Assembly: GCF_006345805.1 (NCBI RefSeq)
Contig: NC_043001.1
Location: 15,004,001 to 15,068,000 of the forward strand
DNA length: 64,000 nucleotides
Source: Octopus sinensis
Taxonomy: Eukaryota
Reading direction: 5' to 3'
In this document: positions 50,541-63,146 of the stretch, one piece after another
Layout: each line of letters starts with the position of its first letter
How positions within the stretch are numbered: position 1 is the stretch's first letter
Notes under the pieces: model-generated
Database searches by the model: none
Told to the model about the DNA's origin: nothing
The model's input: only the letters and a program-made list of their open reading frames with translations
Position numbers and translations under genes: made by a program

Positions 50541-50667
50541 ATGGGCTTCTTTCAGTTTCTGTCTACTCAATCCACTCACAAGGCTTTGGTTGGCCTGAGG
50601 CTATAGTAGAAGACACTTGCCTAAGGTGCCACGCATTATATATATTATATATATATTATATATATGT

Positions 50668-50700
<33 letters not shown>

Positions 50701-50721
50701 ATATATATTATATATATATAT

Positions 50722-51138
50722 ATAAGTTCAGCAAAATTTAGATTCAGATAAATATGGTACTTAAGTTAAAGGCACCAGAATTTTGCATGGTATTATCCAT
50801 ATAAATCAAATGGGGTGATTATAATCAAAATAAGCAACAAGGATATCCAAAATAGTGTAGTACAATTGTTTCATGCTACTTCATTTTATTAAACACTGTA
50901 AGGATTACATCAGTTTTAAAATGTCGAGCAATCTTCAGCCACATATAGAATTTTTTAAATGGACAATGCACATTCTTATACTTATGAAATAAGTATAAGA
51001 ATGTGCATTCTGTATGTGGCTGAAGATTGCTCGACATTTTAAAACTGATGTAATGCTTACAGTGTTTAAAAAAATGAAGTAGCATGAAACAATTGTACTA
51101 CTCTACCTTGGATATCCTTGTTGCCTATTTTGATTATA
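50722..51138 (+). mobile_element. Palindromic (fold-back) interspersed element, copy 1
   Basis: ~100-bp unique leader, then a 319-bp near-perfect palindrome (50820-51138) centred on ...cttatacttat GAA ataagtataag...; flanked by (TA)n. Confidence 0.8.
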
Positions 51139-51697
51139 TATATATGTTTGTATGTCTGTGTTTGTTCCCCTCACCATTGCTTGACAACTGATGTTGGTGT
51201 GTTTACATTCCTGTAACTTAGTGGTTTGGCAAAAACGACCGATAAAATAAGTCCTGGGGTCTATTTGTTTGACTAAAGGCAGTGCTCCAGCATGGCCGCA
51301 GCCAAATGACTGAAACAAATAAAAGTATATTTTGTAGTCTTTGATTATTGTTGGTCAGGAAATTACCATTGATTTCATGTCGATTATTGCCGTAAGCAAC
51401 ATAAGTGATTCATCTGACCTATAAGCTCTTTAATTAATGGAGGTAAGAATACGGTTCAAAGGGAGATAACTCTCTCTTTCCCCAGGTGGGGTTTCCACTT
51501 CAAAGAATTTTGTTTCAGGTTTTTTTCCTTTTTCACAACCTTGCTGACCAAGACTGCATTCTTACCTCCATTAGGAAAGAAGTTTATGTGTCTCTGGCCA
51601 GCAAGTCCGATGATTTGCTTATAAGAGCAATAACAGACATGAAACCAATGGTTACTTTCTGACTGACCATAACCAAGGACTGAATGAAATATATTTA

Positions 51698-51864
51698 TAG
51701 GTGCAAACGTGGTTGTGTGGTAAGAAGCTTGCTTTCTGACCACATGGTTCCAGGTTCAGTCCCACTGCATGGCACATTTCGCAAGTATTTTCTACTATAG
51801 CCTTGGGCTCACCAAAGCCTTCTAAGTGGATTTGGTAGACAGAAACTGGAAGAAGACTTTAGTG

Positions 51865-51902
<38 letters not shown>

Positions 51903-52505
51903 AAATTTATATATACAGGGTTGGCCAAAAGTCACCTGACAGTAAATCAAAACCATTTAATCCCAAGATTAACTTATGTTTAACAACTGAATGAATTTAA
52001 TAAAAGCATCTAAATATAAAACATCATGAATATTGTGAGGTATACTTGCCACCTCAATATGGCTAACCACTAAGGGTGGGTGTTATTGAGATGGCAAGTA
52101 TACCTCACATTGTCGTGCAGTTACTGTTTATACCTCGTTCAGAGATTTATTATCATGAATATTGTTCAAACTGAAGTCCTTCTTGAGCGACACATTTTCC
52201 CATTCAAGTCAACACAGAATTACAGAAAGTATTTATGGAATTTTGATTTACAGTCCGGTGACTTATGGCCAATGCTGTATATGTATATATATGATTATAG
52301 CTATGTCTGTGTTTGTCCCCCACCACTGCTTAAAAACTGGTGTTGGTGTGTTTATGTCCCTGTAACTTAGCAGTTCAGCAAAAAGACTGATAGAATAAAA
52401 ACTAGACTTTAAAAATAAAATACTGAAGTTGATTTGTTTGACTTAAAGCCCTTCAGGATAGTGCTCCAGCAAGGCCACAGTTAAATGACTGAAACAAGTA
52501 AAAGG
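51698..52505 (+). mobile_element. SINE family A interrupted by the Tc1-type MITE
   Basis: Head 51698-51860 and tail 52305-52505 flank the MITE within the internal (TA)n. Confidence 0.75.
51916..52277. mobile_element. Tc1/mariner-type MITE with an internal hairpin
   Basis: TA|cagggttggccaaaagtcacctgac ... gtccggtgacttatggccaatgctg|TA; imperfect 25-bp TIRs, TA TSD; inserted in the (TA)n tract of a SINE. Confidence 0.82.
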
Positions 52506-52528
52506 CAAGATATATATATATATATATC

Positions 52529-52798
52529 CAAATAAGCAACAAGGATATCCAAAGGTAGTGTTGTACAATCGTTTCATGCTACTTCATTCAATTAAACACT
52601 GTAAGTATTACATTAGTTTAATAAAATGAAGTAGCATGAAACAATTGTACTACACTACTTTGGATATCCTTGTAGCTTATTTTGATTATAATCACCCCAT
52701 TTGATTTATATGGATAATACCATACCGAACTCTGGTGCCTTTAACTTAAGTACCATATTCAACTGAATCTAAATTTTTACTGAACTTATAATACCATA
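52529..52798 (-). mobile_element. Palindromic element, copy 2 (inverted, shorter palindrome)
   Basis: 52615-52792 is the reverse complement of 50722-50900; 52529-52605 supplies the mirror arm. Confidence 0.8.
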
Positions 52799-54849
52799 TA
52801 TATATATATATATACATACATACACACACACACACACACACTTTTAATAAAGTTTGATTCAGTTCTGCATCTGATGTGAGGGTTGTGTCCTCCATGCTCA
52901 CAAAACGTTTGGCTTGGTGGAGCTGTATCCAACTCCTATAAAATGTGTTGAGTTTTACTTGTTGATGCCAGCACCGCTGAACTGGTTCATGTGCTGGTGG
53001 CACGTAAAAAGCACCATTCAAGCATGCTGGATGCTAGTGTCACCTGACTGGTTCCTGTGCAGGTGGCACATAAAAAGCACCCACTATACTCTTAGGGTGG
53101 TTGGCGTCGGGAATGGCATCCACCCATAGAAACTTTGCCAGATCAGATTGGAGCATGGTACAACCTCTTGGCTTGCCAGTCCTCAGTCAAACCGTCCAAC
53201 CCATGCCAGCTTAGAAAGAGGACGTTAAACGATGATAATATATATATATATATGACAATATAAAATGGGAACATATGTTCATATAAATATATTTTCTATT
53301 GTATTTTAATAAAATTAACTTTGTATGCATATAACTAGAGGATAGAACTATAGACTTCAGTAATTTTTATATTTTTCTGTGTATCTTGAAAGTAATTAAA
53401 AATACAGAAGATGAAATGAAAAACTTTTATTGACAACAGAAAAAAAAAAAAAGAAAAAGGCTTGACCTAGAGAGGTTTTTCTTCTCTGGACTGAAATATC
53501 TCAGCTTTCCTACTAATTTATGACAACATGAAACACTGTTAATAGTTGAGATCAGTACGAAGATCTGAGGCCAGTTCGGCAACTACTTTATTCCGGCTGC
53601 TACACAGCTGCCCCAACTGTTGCTCGGGTAACTGCAAGGAAATTATTAGATAATCCTTATGAAAATTTAATCTAAGAAACAGAATGGAAATTCACAATTG
53701 GAACAATGACATATCTTTAGATTTATTTTCTGCTCAAACAAATTGAATTAAGACACCCCATTCTAATTGTTTAGTTATTTTAATTAACAGTAAGCCATTT
53801 TAATTCATTTAATTAATTCTTTTGCATAATGGCAAGGTCATATTCTATTTGATACATATTTTCAGTACAAACAATATCATTGTTTCTTTTAATATAATTA
53901 CAAATCAAATACATTAACAGAATTCAACAACAATAGCCGCAGCAGCCTTTACAATGTCACTCGACCTCCTCGAAAAAGCAACCACATCTATTTCACATGA
54001 CACTCAAACCAGCTGAAAGAAGGGCACATTGAATGATGTAGTCTCGGTTATACTTGTGTCTGGAGCGCGATGTCTTTGATCCAGCAATAAAGAAAAAAAA
54101 ATGCTATCCAGAACAAAGACCATTTATTATTCCCTTTATAATAAAAATCAAACACGTTACAGTGTTTGTATAGCTCCGCTGGTCTGTTGTAAGACAATCG
54201 TGGTTTGTCACGGTATTGGAACGGCTAACGATCACCGTAAACCATACCTAGCTTGATTATAGAGTCATGATGAACGGTAAACGATAAAAATATCTAACCT
54301 TTAATTCATCTTGAAAACTATGTAAGAGAACACAAAGAAATTTATTAAAAAATTGCTTCGTTTCCAATAATTACGTTGGTATTAGAATAAAATAATAAAT
54401 AAAACTAATTCAAGGACATCTATCCATTTTAATTATGTAAGAGTAGTCTCCCCTAATATTCAGTTTTTAGACTTCGTTAAACCTTTTGCCTAACATGAAA
54501 ATTTCTCTAATTTTCTTCCATCTACGGAAAGAATTGTTGATTAGCCTAACAATAGTTTTGATATAGTAAACCTATGAGCAAAATCAATCCAGCCACGACC
54601 ATTTCATCTTATTTTCCAGTGTATAATGTATGTACGGTTGCATTATTAATCAATATCCTTCTTATTTTATGGTGGTATGAGTACTACTAGAGAGATAGTT
54701 CACTGCTATTTCTAGCAGATCCAATGATCGCTTAGCAGTTCTCTCATTCGCTGGTATACAAAAAATTGAAATAGACTTGTGAAAAGTTTTGCTATGTTTG
54801 AATATGCTGAAAACAATGTGGTCTTAAAATTTACATATATTAAAGAAAA

Positions 54850-55232
54850 TAGGCGCAGGAGTGGCTGTGTGGTAAGTAGCTTGCTTACGAACCACATGGT
54901 TCCAGGTTCATTCCCACTGCGTGGCACCTTGGGCAAGTGTCTTCTATTATAGCCTCAGGCCGACCAAAGCCTTGTGAGTGGATTTAGTAGACGGAAACTG
55001 AAAGAAGCCCGTCGTATATGTGTATATGTGTGTGTGTGTCTATGTTTGTCCCCAATATCGCTTGCCAACCGATGCTGGTGTATTTACGTCCCTGTAACTT
55101 AGCGGTTCGGAAAAAAGAGTCCGATAGAATAAGTACTAGGCTTACAAAGAATAAGTCCTGGGGTCGATTTGCTTGACTAAAGGTGGTGCTCAAGCATGGT
55201 CACAGTCAAATGACTGAAACAAGTAAAGAGAG
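54850..55232 (+). mobile_element. SINE family A, full length
   Basis: aggcgcaggagtggctgtgtgg ... aaacaagtaaagag. Confidence 0.88.
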
Positions 55233-57330
55233 TACAATCACTGAAGCTTCCACAACCAGCAGTCAGCTTCCCTTAATCACATTCTATTGTCTTACAACAG
55301 AAAGGACTAAACTGGACAATGTATGTTTAGGGCTGTGCAATACGACTGAACTTCGTTTAACGTCCATTTTTCATGCTGGCGTGGGTTGAACGGTTTGACA
55401 GGAGCTGTCCAGACTCCAACTGCCTGCGGTGGCATGGTTTCTATGGCTGGTCGCCCTTCCTAACGCCAACCACATTACAGAGTGTACTGGCTGCTTTATA
55501 TGTGCCACTGGCTCATTTGACTAACAAAAATTTAGCCATCCGCACATAACCACCATCTCACAGACTCATACACACAATTTTGTCTCTTCGCTGATTCTGC
55601 AATGTCCTTTGTTCCTCTGAATTAGCCAACCACAAATATTTGCTGTCTTACTTTCACTTGGTCCCAGTCCCTTCTTTACCAACATTGGTGTTTCATCTCT
55701 CGCATCCTGCATCGATCAATCAATGATTCGGATTGAACATTAACCACTCCAATTTCTGGAGCAAAGATCAATACAACCATTTCTCCTCCGTTGACAAATT
55801 GTGATCCCTATTATCCAACCCATGCCAACATGAAACATGGTCATACAATGATGATCATTTAAAAAACCGATTTGGGATTTCATTTGACTTTGATGGGCAT
55901 TTTAAGACCAGATACCCTTTTATCATGCACCACTCACTCACAAGGTGGTTGTGCTAAAATACTGGGTTATCACACCCACATGCTTGTTTTAATAGCTAAA
56001 ATATTTTGGAGCCTGACTAAATACATAAAATTAATTTTTTGATAACTTAGGCATTAAATAACTTTTTGTATGCAGTTCCATTGAAACTTAAACGACCAAA
56101 TGATTAATTCCAGATATTTGTACAGATATATCATCATCATCATTTTACATCCGTTTTCCCAAGCTTATATATATATATTTATATATGTTATTTATATATA
56201 ATTAGAGAACATGCAGGGTTTTAACTGTATAGTGTAAATGTAATGTAAGTATCTTCTAAGCCCCGAGGGGGTCTTTTAAGGACCAGTGCTTATCGACAAT
56301 ATCATGGCATGAACCAAATGAGAGAGGAAAAAGAGATCTTTCTGAACAGACTGCCAGTCTATACCAGATGATCTGGCACGTATTTGTGTCCAGATTATAT
56401 AATAAAATATTTACAATAGATTTCATCTCACACTTATCAGCTGGTAATCTAATCCCTTCTCCATCTAGCCATTTCACCTCTGCAAAATCCTGATGATAGT
56501 GAAGCTAGAACAAAACTCTCTCTTTCTATGTATGTGTGTGTGTATGCTCACACACACACACACACACACACAACTGAAATGCTCAACGGGAAGTGGTTAA
56601 TATAATTTGTCGCACAATTATTGTCAAAAGATAATTTAGAATGAAGTTTGCCAGATCAGACCGGACACGTGATCAAAACACATTGAAAGATGCTGTTTTT
56701 GCTAACCAAATAGTTTAGCACTTCTTGTCAGTTTTGCAGACATTCTGTAGGAAAGCCAGTGGAATTATATTTTTCATCAAATATATTAAATTATGTACCA
56801 TCCACTAAAAACTGGGAAAATTAGTAAGAAAATATAGCATTACATCACTAGTGTGTTTATTCAGTAAAATTTGAGAGTTCTGTCAGGCACACAAACACAC
56901 ACACACACTATGAGCAACATCTTTTAAAATGTGTACTTGCTGACATGAAGAAATATTGTTTATCTACTGAAACCTGTTCTAGATAAGTGATACCTGACCT
57001 TTCTTTGTAATCCAGGTCAAGGCAGTGGCAGTTTCTTTCCAAGCAAACAATTCATCATATCTTAGATAATGTCATTGCAGGCTTGAAGCTCCAAGCTAGA
57101 CTTTGCATATTTTCTAAGACTCAAGTTTGCTAATTGACAGATCAGTGAAAATTCGGGTACAATAAGATTGCATTCAATATCAGACTAAAATCTCTATTGG
57201 GGGATTGGAGGATATTGTACATGATAATGCAGATGTTATGGAAGCATGTCATTCTGTTTGTTTGATATGTTAGGAATTATCATACAGCTTGATGAAAGTG
57301 TAATCAAGTTCTCTGATAAAAGTGATGTAA

Positions 57331-57847
57331 TCTATATATATAAAACTGTAGTTGTGTGAGTGTCTGTCTCCTACGATTTAGATTCCTAACTACTCCCACA
57401 TTTTGCGGTGCAGTTTAACCAAATTCGGGTATCTTATAGTCGTGATTCATATCGAGCCCGTCTGAGTATTAGTGCGCGTCTACGATGAGTCTACGATTTA
57501 AAAAATAATTTAACATCATTTTTTATTCCATTTTAATGCATAATTTTTCGTGTGTCGATGGCGGCGGAGTTGGCGTCCACGCTCAAACACCTGTACCTGT
57601 GTTTGCTTCTCCCCCTTCTTCTCTCCCTCGTGAAGCTGTGGGGAAGGGAGTTTAAGGAAATCAACGTCGTAATGCGTTGTCAAGGAGACCAGCGTTCTTT
57701 TAGAACAACGACTTCATGGCTTGAAGACACCAAAACAGAAATGGCTAAGAAAGCCCGAATTGGCATCTATAAAGGAAGTAACTCTCTAAAAATGCTTATA
57801 TAGTTATTTCCCTTACAAACCCGAGGAACGCAGGGCGATACTGCTAG
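57331..57847 (+). mobile_element. Non-autonomous Helitron, longer variant with an extra internal segment
   Basis: A|TC start, hairpin cccgaggaacgcaggg, CTAG end; same family as 27316-27719. Confidence 0.9.
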
Positions 57848-58234
57848 TCTTTATATATAAAAGAGAAGTTGTGTGTCTGTCTCCTACGATTTAGATTCCT
57901 AACTACTCCCACATTTTGCGGTGCAGTTTAACCAAAACCGGGTATCTTATAGTCGTGATTCATATCGAGCCCTTCTGGGTATTACCGCACATCTACAATG
58001 AGTCTACGATTTAAAAAAAAATTTACCATCATTTTTTTCCATTTTAATGCATTTTTTCGCTATTATATAAGGGAAGTAATTCTCTAAAAATGTCTACGAT
58101 GAGTCAACGATTTAAAAAAAAATTTACCATAATTTTTTTTCCATTTTTTTGCTATTTTTTGGCTATAACTCTCTAAAAATGCTTATATAGTTATTTCCCT
58201 TACAAACCCGAGCAACGCCGGGCGATACTGCTAG
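57848..58234 (+). mobile_element. Non-autonomous Helitron, head-to-tail with the previous copy
   Basis: Starts with TC immediately after the CTAG of the upstream copy; ends cccgagcaacgccgggcgatactgCTAG|T. Confidence 0.9.
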
Positions 58235-60340
58235 TTAGAAATATGAAAATAACGATAGTATTGTAATGGAAGGAAAAGGCTAAGAAATGGTTTGTTTCTT
58301 TGTATGAAAGTTAGATAATATTGGGTGTGTGTAATAAGAATGCTAACTTTTGAGAGCCTGTGAGGTGATAAAGAAGCTAGCGATCAAAGACTTTGGCAGT
58401 ATTAGTAGATATGCTGAGTAGTGGAATGTTTAAATGTAGTCGAGATCAAAGGAAACTTTGGAAAGACACAGAGAAGGGGTCATGAATGTATTGAGATGAC
58501 CCACAACTTGGATTCCTACATATTCTGTATTTTTTTAAAACAGATTCTTTTATTCCCTTGTTGGATTCATCCAGAGGATGGGGCCATGCTGGAGCACTAC
58601 CTTTGAGTAAGGTATTCTGCATGGAATGTGACTGACATGTGAACTCACAGACATAGACATGCAGACAAGTGTTCTAATTTTATGCTCACATACCATGCTG
58701 TTAAAACAAGCTTTTAAAAAAAAAAAATCTTCTGAGGTGGTAGCCATGACCAAAGTTGATATTTTATAAAAAGTATTGGTAAGGATTTCGGAGGGCTAAA
58801 GTTCTGGTGATAGAGGATTGAACAAGAGTTTAGGGATGAGTTAGGTGGTTGAGATATAAAAGAGGTAAGAAGTGGAGAGACGGGGTCATCAAATGGTTTG
58901 TAGCTACATAAAGGAGGATGTACTTTTATATAATAAAGCTGGAATGATACAGAGAAGTTTAATAGAAAAGATAATGATTACATAAGACAGTGCAGTGCCT
59001 GTCCACAAGTCGACAGAAGAAGGACTTCTATTTTAAGTTATCTAATTTTAGAGACAGATTAAATAATTCATAACGAGCAATTGATCATAATGGTATTTTC
59101 TTGTCTTAAACAGGAGACATTCATGCATAAGTTAAAGGTATGATTGTTTCAAACATATAATACATCTATACACATGAATGGGAGGGAAAAAAGCTTGGGG
59201 AGAAGTTTCTTAGAATGTAAAATGCTTAACATTTAACCTTGTCACTACATATAATTGGCACAGGGAAATCACCAACAATAGATTACCATTTCTGATTAGA
59301 GGTATCGCAGTGAAGTAACATATATCAATGACTAGGCTAAGAAGAAAAATGCCTTTTAAGTCAGATAATTACAATAAGAAATGGAGCAAATGTTAGGGAA
59401 GTGTGGAAAAAGAATTTCAGTTTCAAGGAATAAATTTATCTGATGCTGTGTTCCTGTTATTAAAACAGTCAGCAATATATGTATATATAAACAACAATTA
59501 TGTATATATATACAATTATGTATATATAAAGTATGTATATATAAACAACAATTATTACTAAAAGTAAAGAAGGTGATGACCTGCCAGAATCATCAGTGTA
59601 CGGGACAAAATGCTAGGCAGCATTTCTTTCAGTGTTTTACATTCTGAGTTCAAATTCTGCTGGGGTCAGTTTTGCCTTTTATCCTCTTAGGGTCGATGAA
59701 ATAATTACTGGTTGAGCACTGGGGTCAGTGTAATTGACCAGCCCCATCCCACAAGATTCCAGTCCTTGTATCTCTAGTAGAAAGGATTACTAGCAGTAAA
59801 GTACTTATTTAAAAAAAAATATATTATCTCTTCAAAATATAAAGAAGATTGTTATAGAAAATTTCAGTGTTTTTTGGCCCCTACAGTTAATACTGATCAA
59901 ATGTAGCCACAACCATGTATGTGTATATATATATATATGTGTGTGTGTATGTGTGTATATATAATGTATTCATATATATTATATATATATACAATGTATG
60001 TGTGTGTGTGTGTGTATATATATATAAGGTGTGTGTGTGTGTATATATATATAATGTATGTGTGTGAGTGTATATATATATATAGTTTATCTAGGATTAT
60101 ATCATCCAATGTGTCCTTCTTTATTGAAGAGATCATGGTGTGGTTTGACAAGTAACAGCATAAAAGCTCTCTTGGCTCACCCACCCCCCCTTCACTGGCC
60201 CATGAAATTTTGTTTTTGCCTGATGGTTACAAACAATTCTTGTAATGCAATGATATTACCAATTCGAATATGCTAAAAGCACATTCGGACTTGTAAACAA
60301 GCCATTCACTGTGTTTTGTCATGGAGAACATTTCTTGCTA

Positions 60341-60495
60341 TAGACAAATGGTGTAAGTACACCCAGATCAACTCACAGCGCCACCTATCCAGACTGTGAG
60401 ATGCAAGCATTTCGGAGTAGTTATCTCCTCTTCAGTCATAGAAACTGGACGGTGGTGCTGCAAGCTGATTTGAATGTACTTACACCATGTGTCTA
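60341..60495. mobile_element. Small MITE with ~50-bp imperfect TIRs
   Basis: tagacaaatggtgtaagtacacccagatca... mirrored by ...gatttgaatgtacttacaccatgtgtcta. Confidence 0.65.
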
Positions 60496-60781
60496 CAGTG
60501 AGAAACCAACATGCAAACACATATTCAAACTGGTAATAGCTTTGCTTTCATACTTATCACTGCTTAGTGCTCTCATCCTGTGGTTCTTGTAATGTTTTAG
60601 GATGTAAATGAAATGTTTTGCTAGTGTGTGGATAAACATGCTTACAAGGTTTTCAATGCTTACTGACAAATTTCTACCAAGCATCAGTGATTTTCTGCAC
60701 CCATGATTATCTCTAATGAAAAGAGTTAATTATTCAAAGTGTAATCTATGGGGATATTATGCTACAGTGAACAGTACTCTT

Positions 60782-60991
60782 TTACATGTTTCAGTCATTT
60801 GACTATGGCCATGCTGGAGCACCGCCTTTTAGTCGAGCAAATCAACCCCAGGACTTATTATTTGTAAGCCTATTGCTTATTGTATCGGTCTCTCTTGCCG
60901 AACCGCTAAGTGACGGGGACGTAAACACACCAACGTCGGTTGTCAAGCGATGTCAGGGGATCAAAGACAGACACACACATACATATATGTA

Positions 60992-61023
<32 letters not shown>

Positions 61024-61215
61024 CATATATACATACATACATACATACATACGATGGGGTTCTTTCAGTTTCCATCTACCAAATCCACTCACAAGGCTTT
61101 GGTCAGCCCGAGGCTATAGTAGAAGACACTTGGCCAAGGTGCCATGCAGTGGGACTGAACCCAGAACCATGTGGTTCGTAAGCAAGCTACTTACCACACA
61201 GCCACTCCTACGCCT
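60782..61215 (-). mobile_element. SINE family A, full length, antisense
   Basis: Reverse complement of the family A pattern. Confidence 0.88.
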
Positions 61216-61794
61216 ATATGTGTAGTTCATAAACTCTAAATATTCTAGAGCTCTGAGGAGATAGTTAGAACTTCTTATACCTTCAACATGTAAAGATAAT
61301 TTTATTGTATGACTACTAAATAAGTTAGACGGGGAAAAGTAATTAGTCTGTACGTTAATTCGAAATGATTACTCAGCTCCAGTAACAAGAACAGTTATGA
61401 GAAGTGAATTATGAAGGAGTTGATATTTGTTGAAAAGATTTATCTAAATTGTGGATTAGTTTGTAGTTCCGACGGTGTCAGCATTTTCTCAGATCTTAGT
61501 AATGTAGCAAAGTAGGCAATAGAAAGGTGAACGGGAGGACTGCTTGCAAGCGAGATAAGATTAGGGCACATTGACAGATGGTATTTGCTGAATGAAAGAT
61601 GTGCTTTAAAAGCCTGCAAAAAGGAATCGAGAGAGAGAGAGAGAGAGAGAGAGCAAAACTGGCAGCACTCAGAGAGAGATTGAAGAAATCCACTGATTGT
61701 TGAAATTGAAGTTCATTTCACACCTACACACACAGCTTCGTTGTTTACAGAATGAAAACAATATTGTTTGAACTAGCGACTCTATACTGATTCT

Positions 61795-61899
61795 GCATAT
61801 ATATATATAAATATATGTGTGTATATATGTATGTATATGTGTATGTATATATAATGTATGTGTTTGTATATATATATATATATGATGATGATATATATA

Positions 61900-61934
<35 letters not shown>

Positions 61935-62190
61935 ATATATAATGTGTGTGTGTATATATGTGTGCGTGTATATATATATAATGTATGAGTGCGTGTATAT
62001 ATATAATGTATGAGTGCGTGTATATATATATAATGTATGTGTGCGTGTGTATATATATGTATAATGTATGTGTGCGTGTGTATATATATGTACAATGTAT
62101 GAGTGCGTGTATATATATATATATATATAATGTATGAGTGCGTGTGTATATATACATAATGTATGTGCGTGTGTGTATATAAATATATAT
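61795..62190. repeat. Compound (TA)/(TG) microsatellite with a ~26-30 bp higher-order unit (atatatataatgtatgagtgcgtgt)
   Basis: About seven visible units at 61975-62180. Confidence 0.85.
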
Positions 62191-62830
62191 ACTGATTATT
62201 TTTAGACTTAATTATGAGATTTAATTACTCCTTACTTGTACACATGGTTATCGGGTCCTGTTCACATAACTATTATTGATGAGGTTAACATGTTAGATTA
62301 CAACAGTTATTATATACACACATCTTAGCTTTATAAACTTTTTATTCTTTTTATTCTATACCCTCTTCTTTTACAGTTGGTAGCGTTACAAACTCTCGGT
62401 TTACAGCTATCTTCTCCAATGCTGATAATATTTGATACCACTAATTTTCTATCTTCTTGCCCTGACAAAACTCATTTCAGCTATCAAACTCACACTGCAC
62501 ATCTCATACAATCTTCTCACTTTGCTTTGTTCCAGCTGTAGCAGGTGCTCTACTTTCACTGCCTGTGTCTCATTACCCTGTAGGATAACATTCTTGGCAC
62601 CTTCATCATTCACTATAACTATATCCACTTAATTAAAACTTCCTTTTACTAACTTCCAACTCTAACTTGGGCTTTCCTCGCAACAATAAAGAGCTTTAAT
62701 GATTATAACCAGTTCAAATTAATATTTTAATCATAAAACTATTTTCTATACATTCCAAAAAAACACAGCTTTATTTATTTAAGCTAGAAACTTTCTGAGT
62801 GCGTAAGCCTGTGCTAGAGTGTGTGTGTAT

Positions 62831-62861
<31 letters not shown>

Positions 62862-63146
62862 CACACATACACACCTTATCAATGTGTAAGTGCCTATTTT
62901 TCTTTGGTAGCATGGGTCATATATGAATATATAATTCTACTACACACACAAAAATGCCATTTCACAGATGAACCAATGATAAAGCCTTTACTGTAAAGTA
63001 ATCAAACAATCCCTAAATCAAACCTCAAAAGGACACATTAGATAATGTAATCCTAGTTACCCGTAACAAGATAGGATGGTTGCAGCCAGCACGGCTTTGG
63101 TCAGTCAGGTTTATTATAAACACCTCCATATATACTAAGCCTATAG

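Noticed and set aside
56256-57310. ORF 56256-56477 and DNADVM/LDES-like words as a hAT transposase
   Set aside because: Motifs are too short and interrupted by stops; no TIRs found. Possibly an old TE relic but unsupported.
58240-58930. Reverse-transcriptase remnant (…STNTAKVFDR*LL… on the minus strand)
   Set aside because: Only one weak motif with stops; cannot assign a family without a search.
60484-60492. 9-nt micro-exon (ctgtag|ACACATGGT|gtaagt) on the minus strand
   Set aside because: The donor-like motif is part of a MITE TIR mirrored at 60341-60362, and no neighbouring exons support it.
61669-62157. His/Thr/Tyr/Ile-rich ORFs (also 31321-31737, 35045-35524, 59897-60184)
   Set aside because: These are translations of (TA)n/(CA)n microsatellites.
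62340-62640. Possible exon(s) of a second gene
   Set aside because: A strong plus-strand acceptor and a ~60-codon open minus frame exist, but I found no recognisable domain, matching donor or partner exon.
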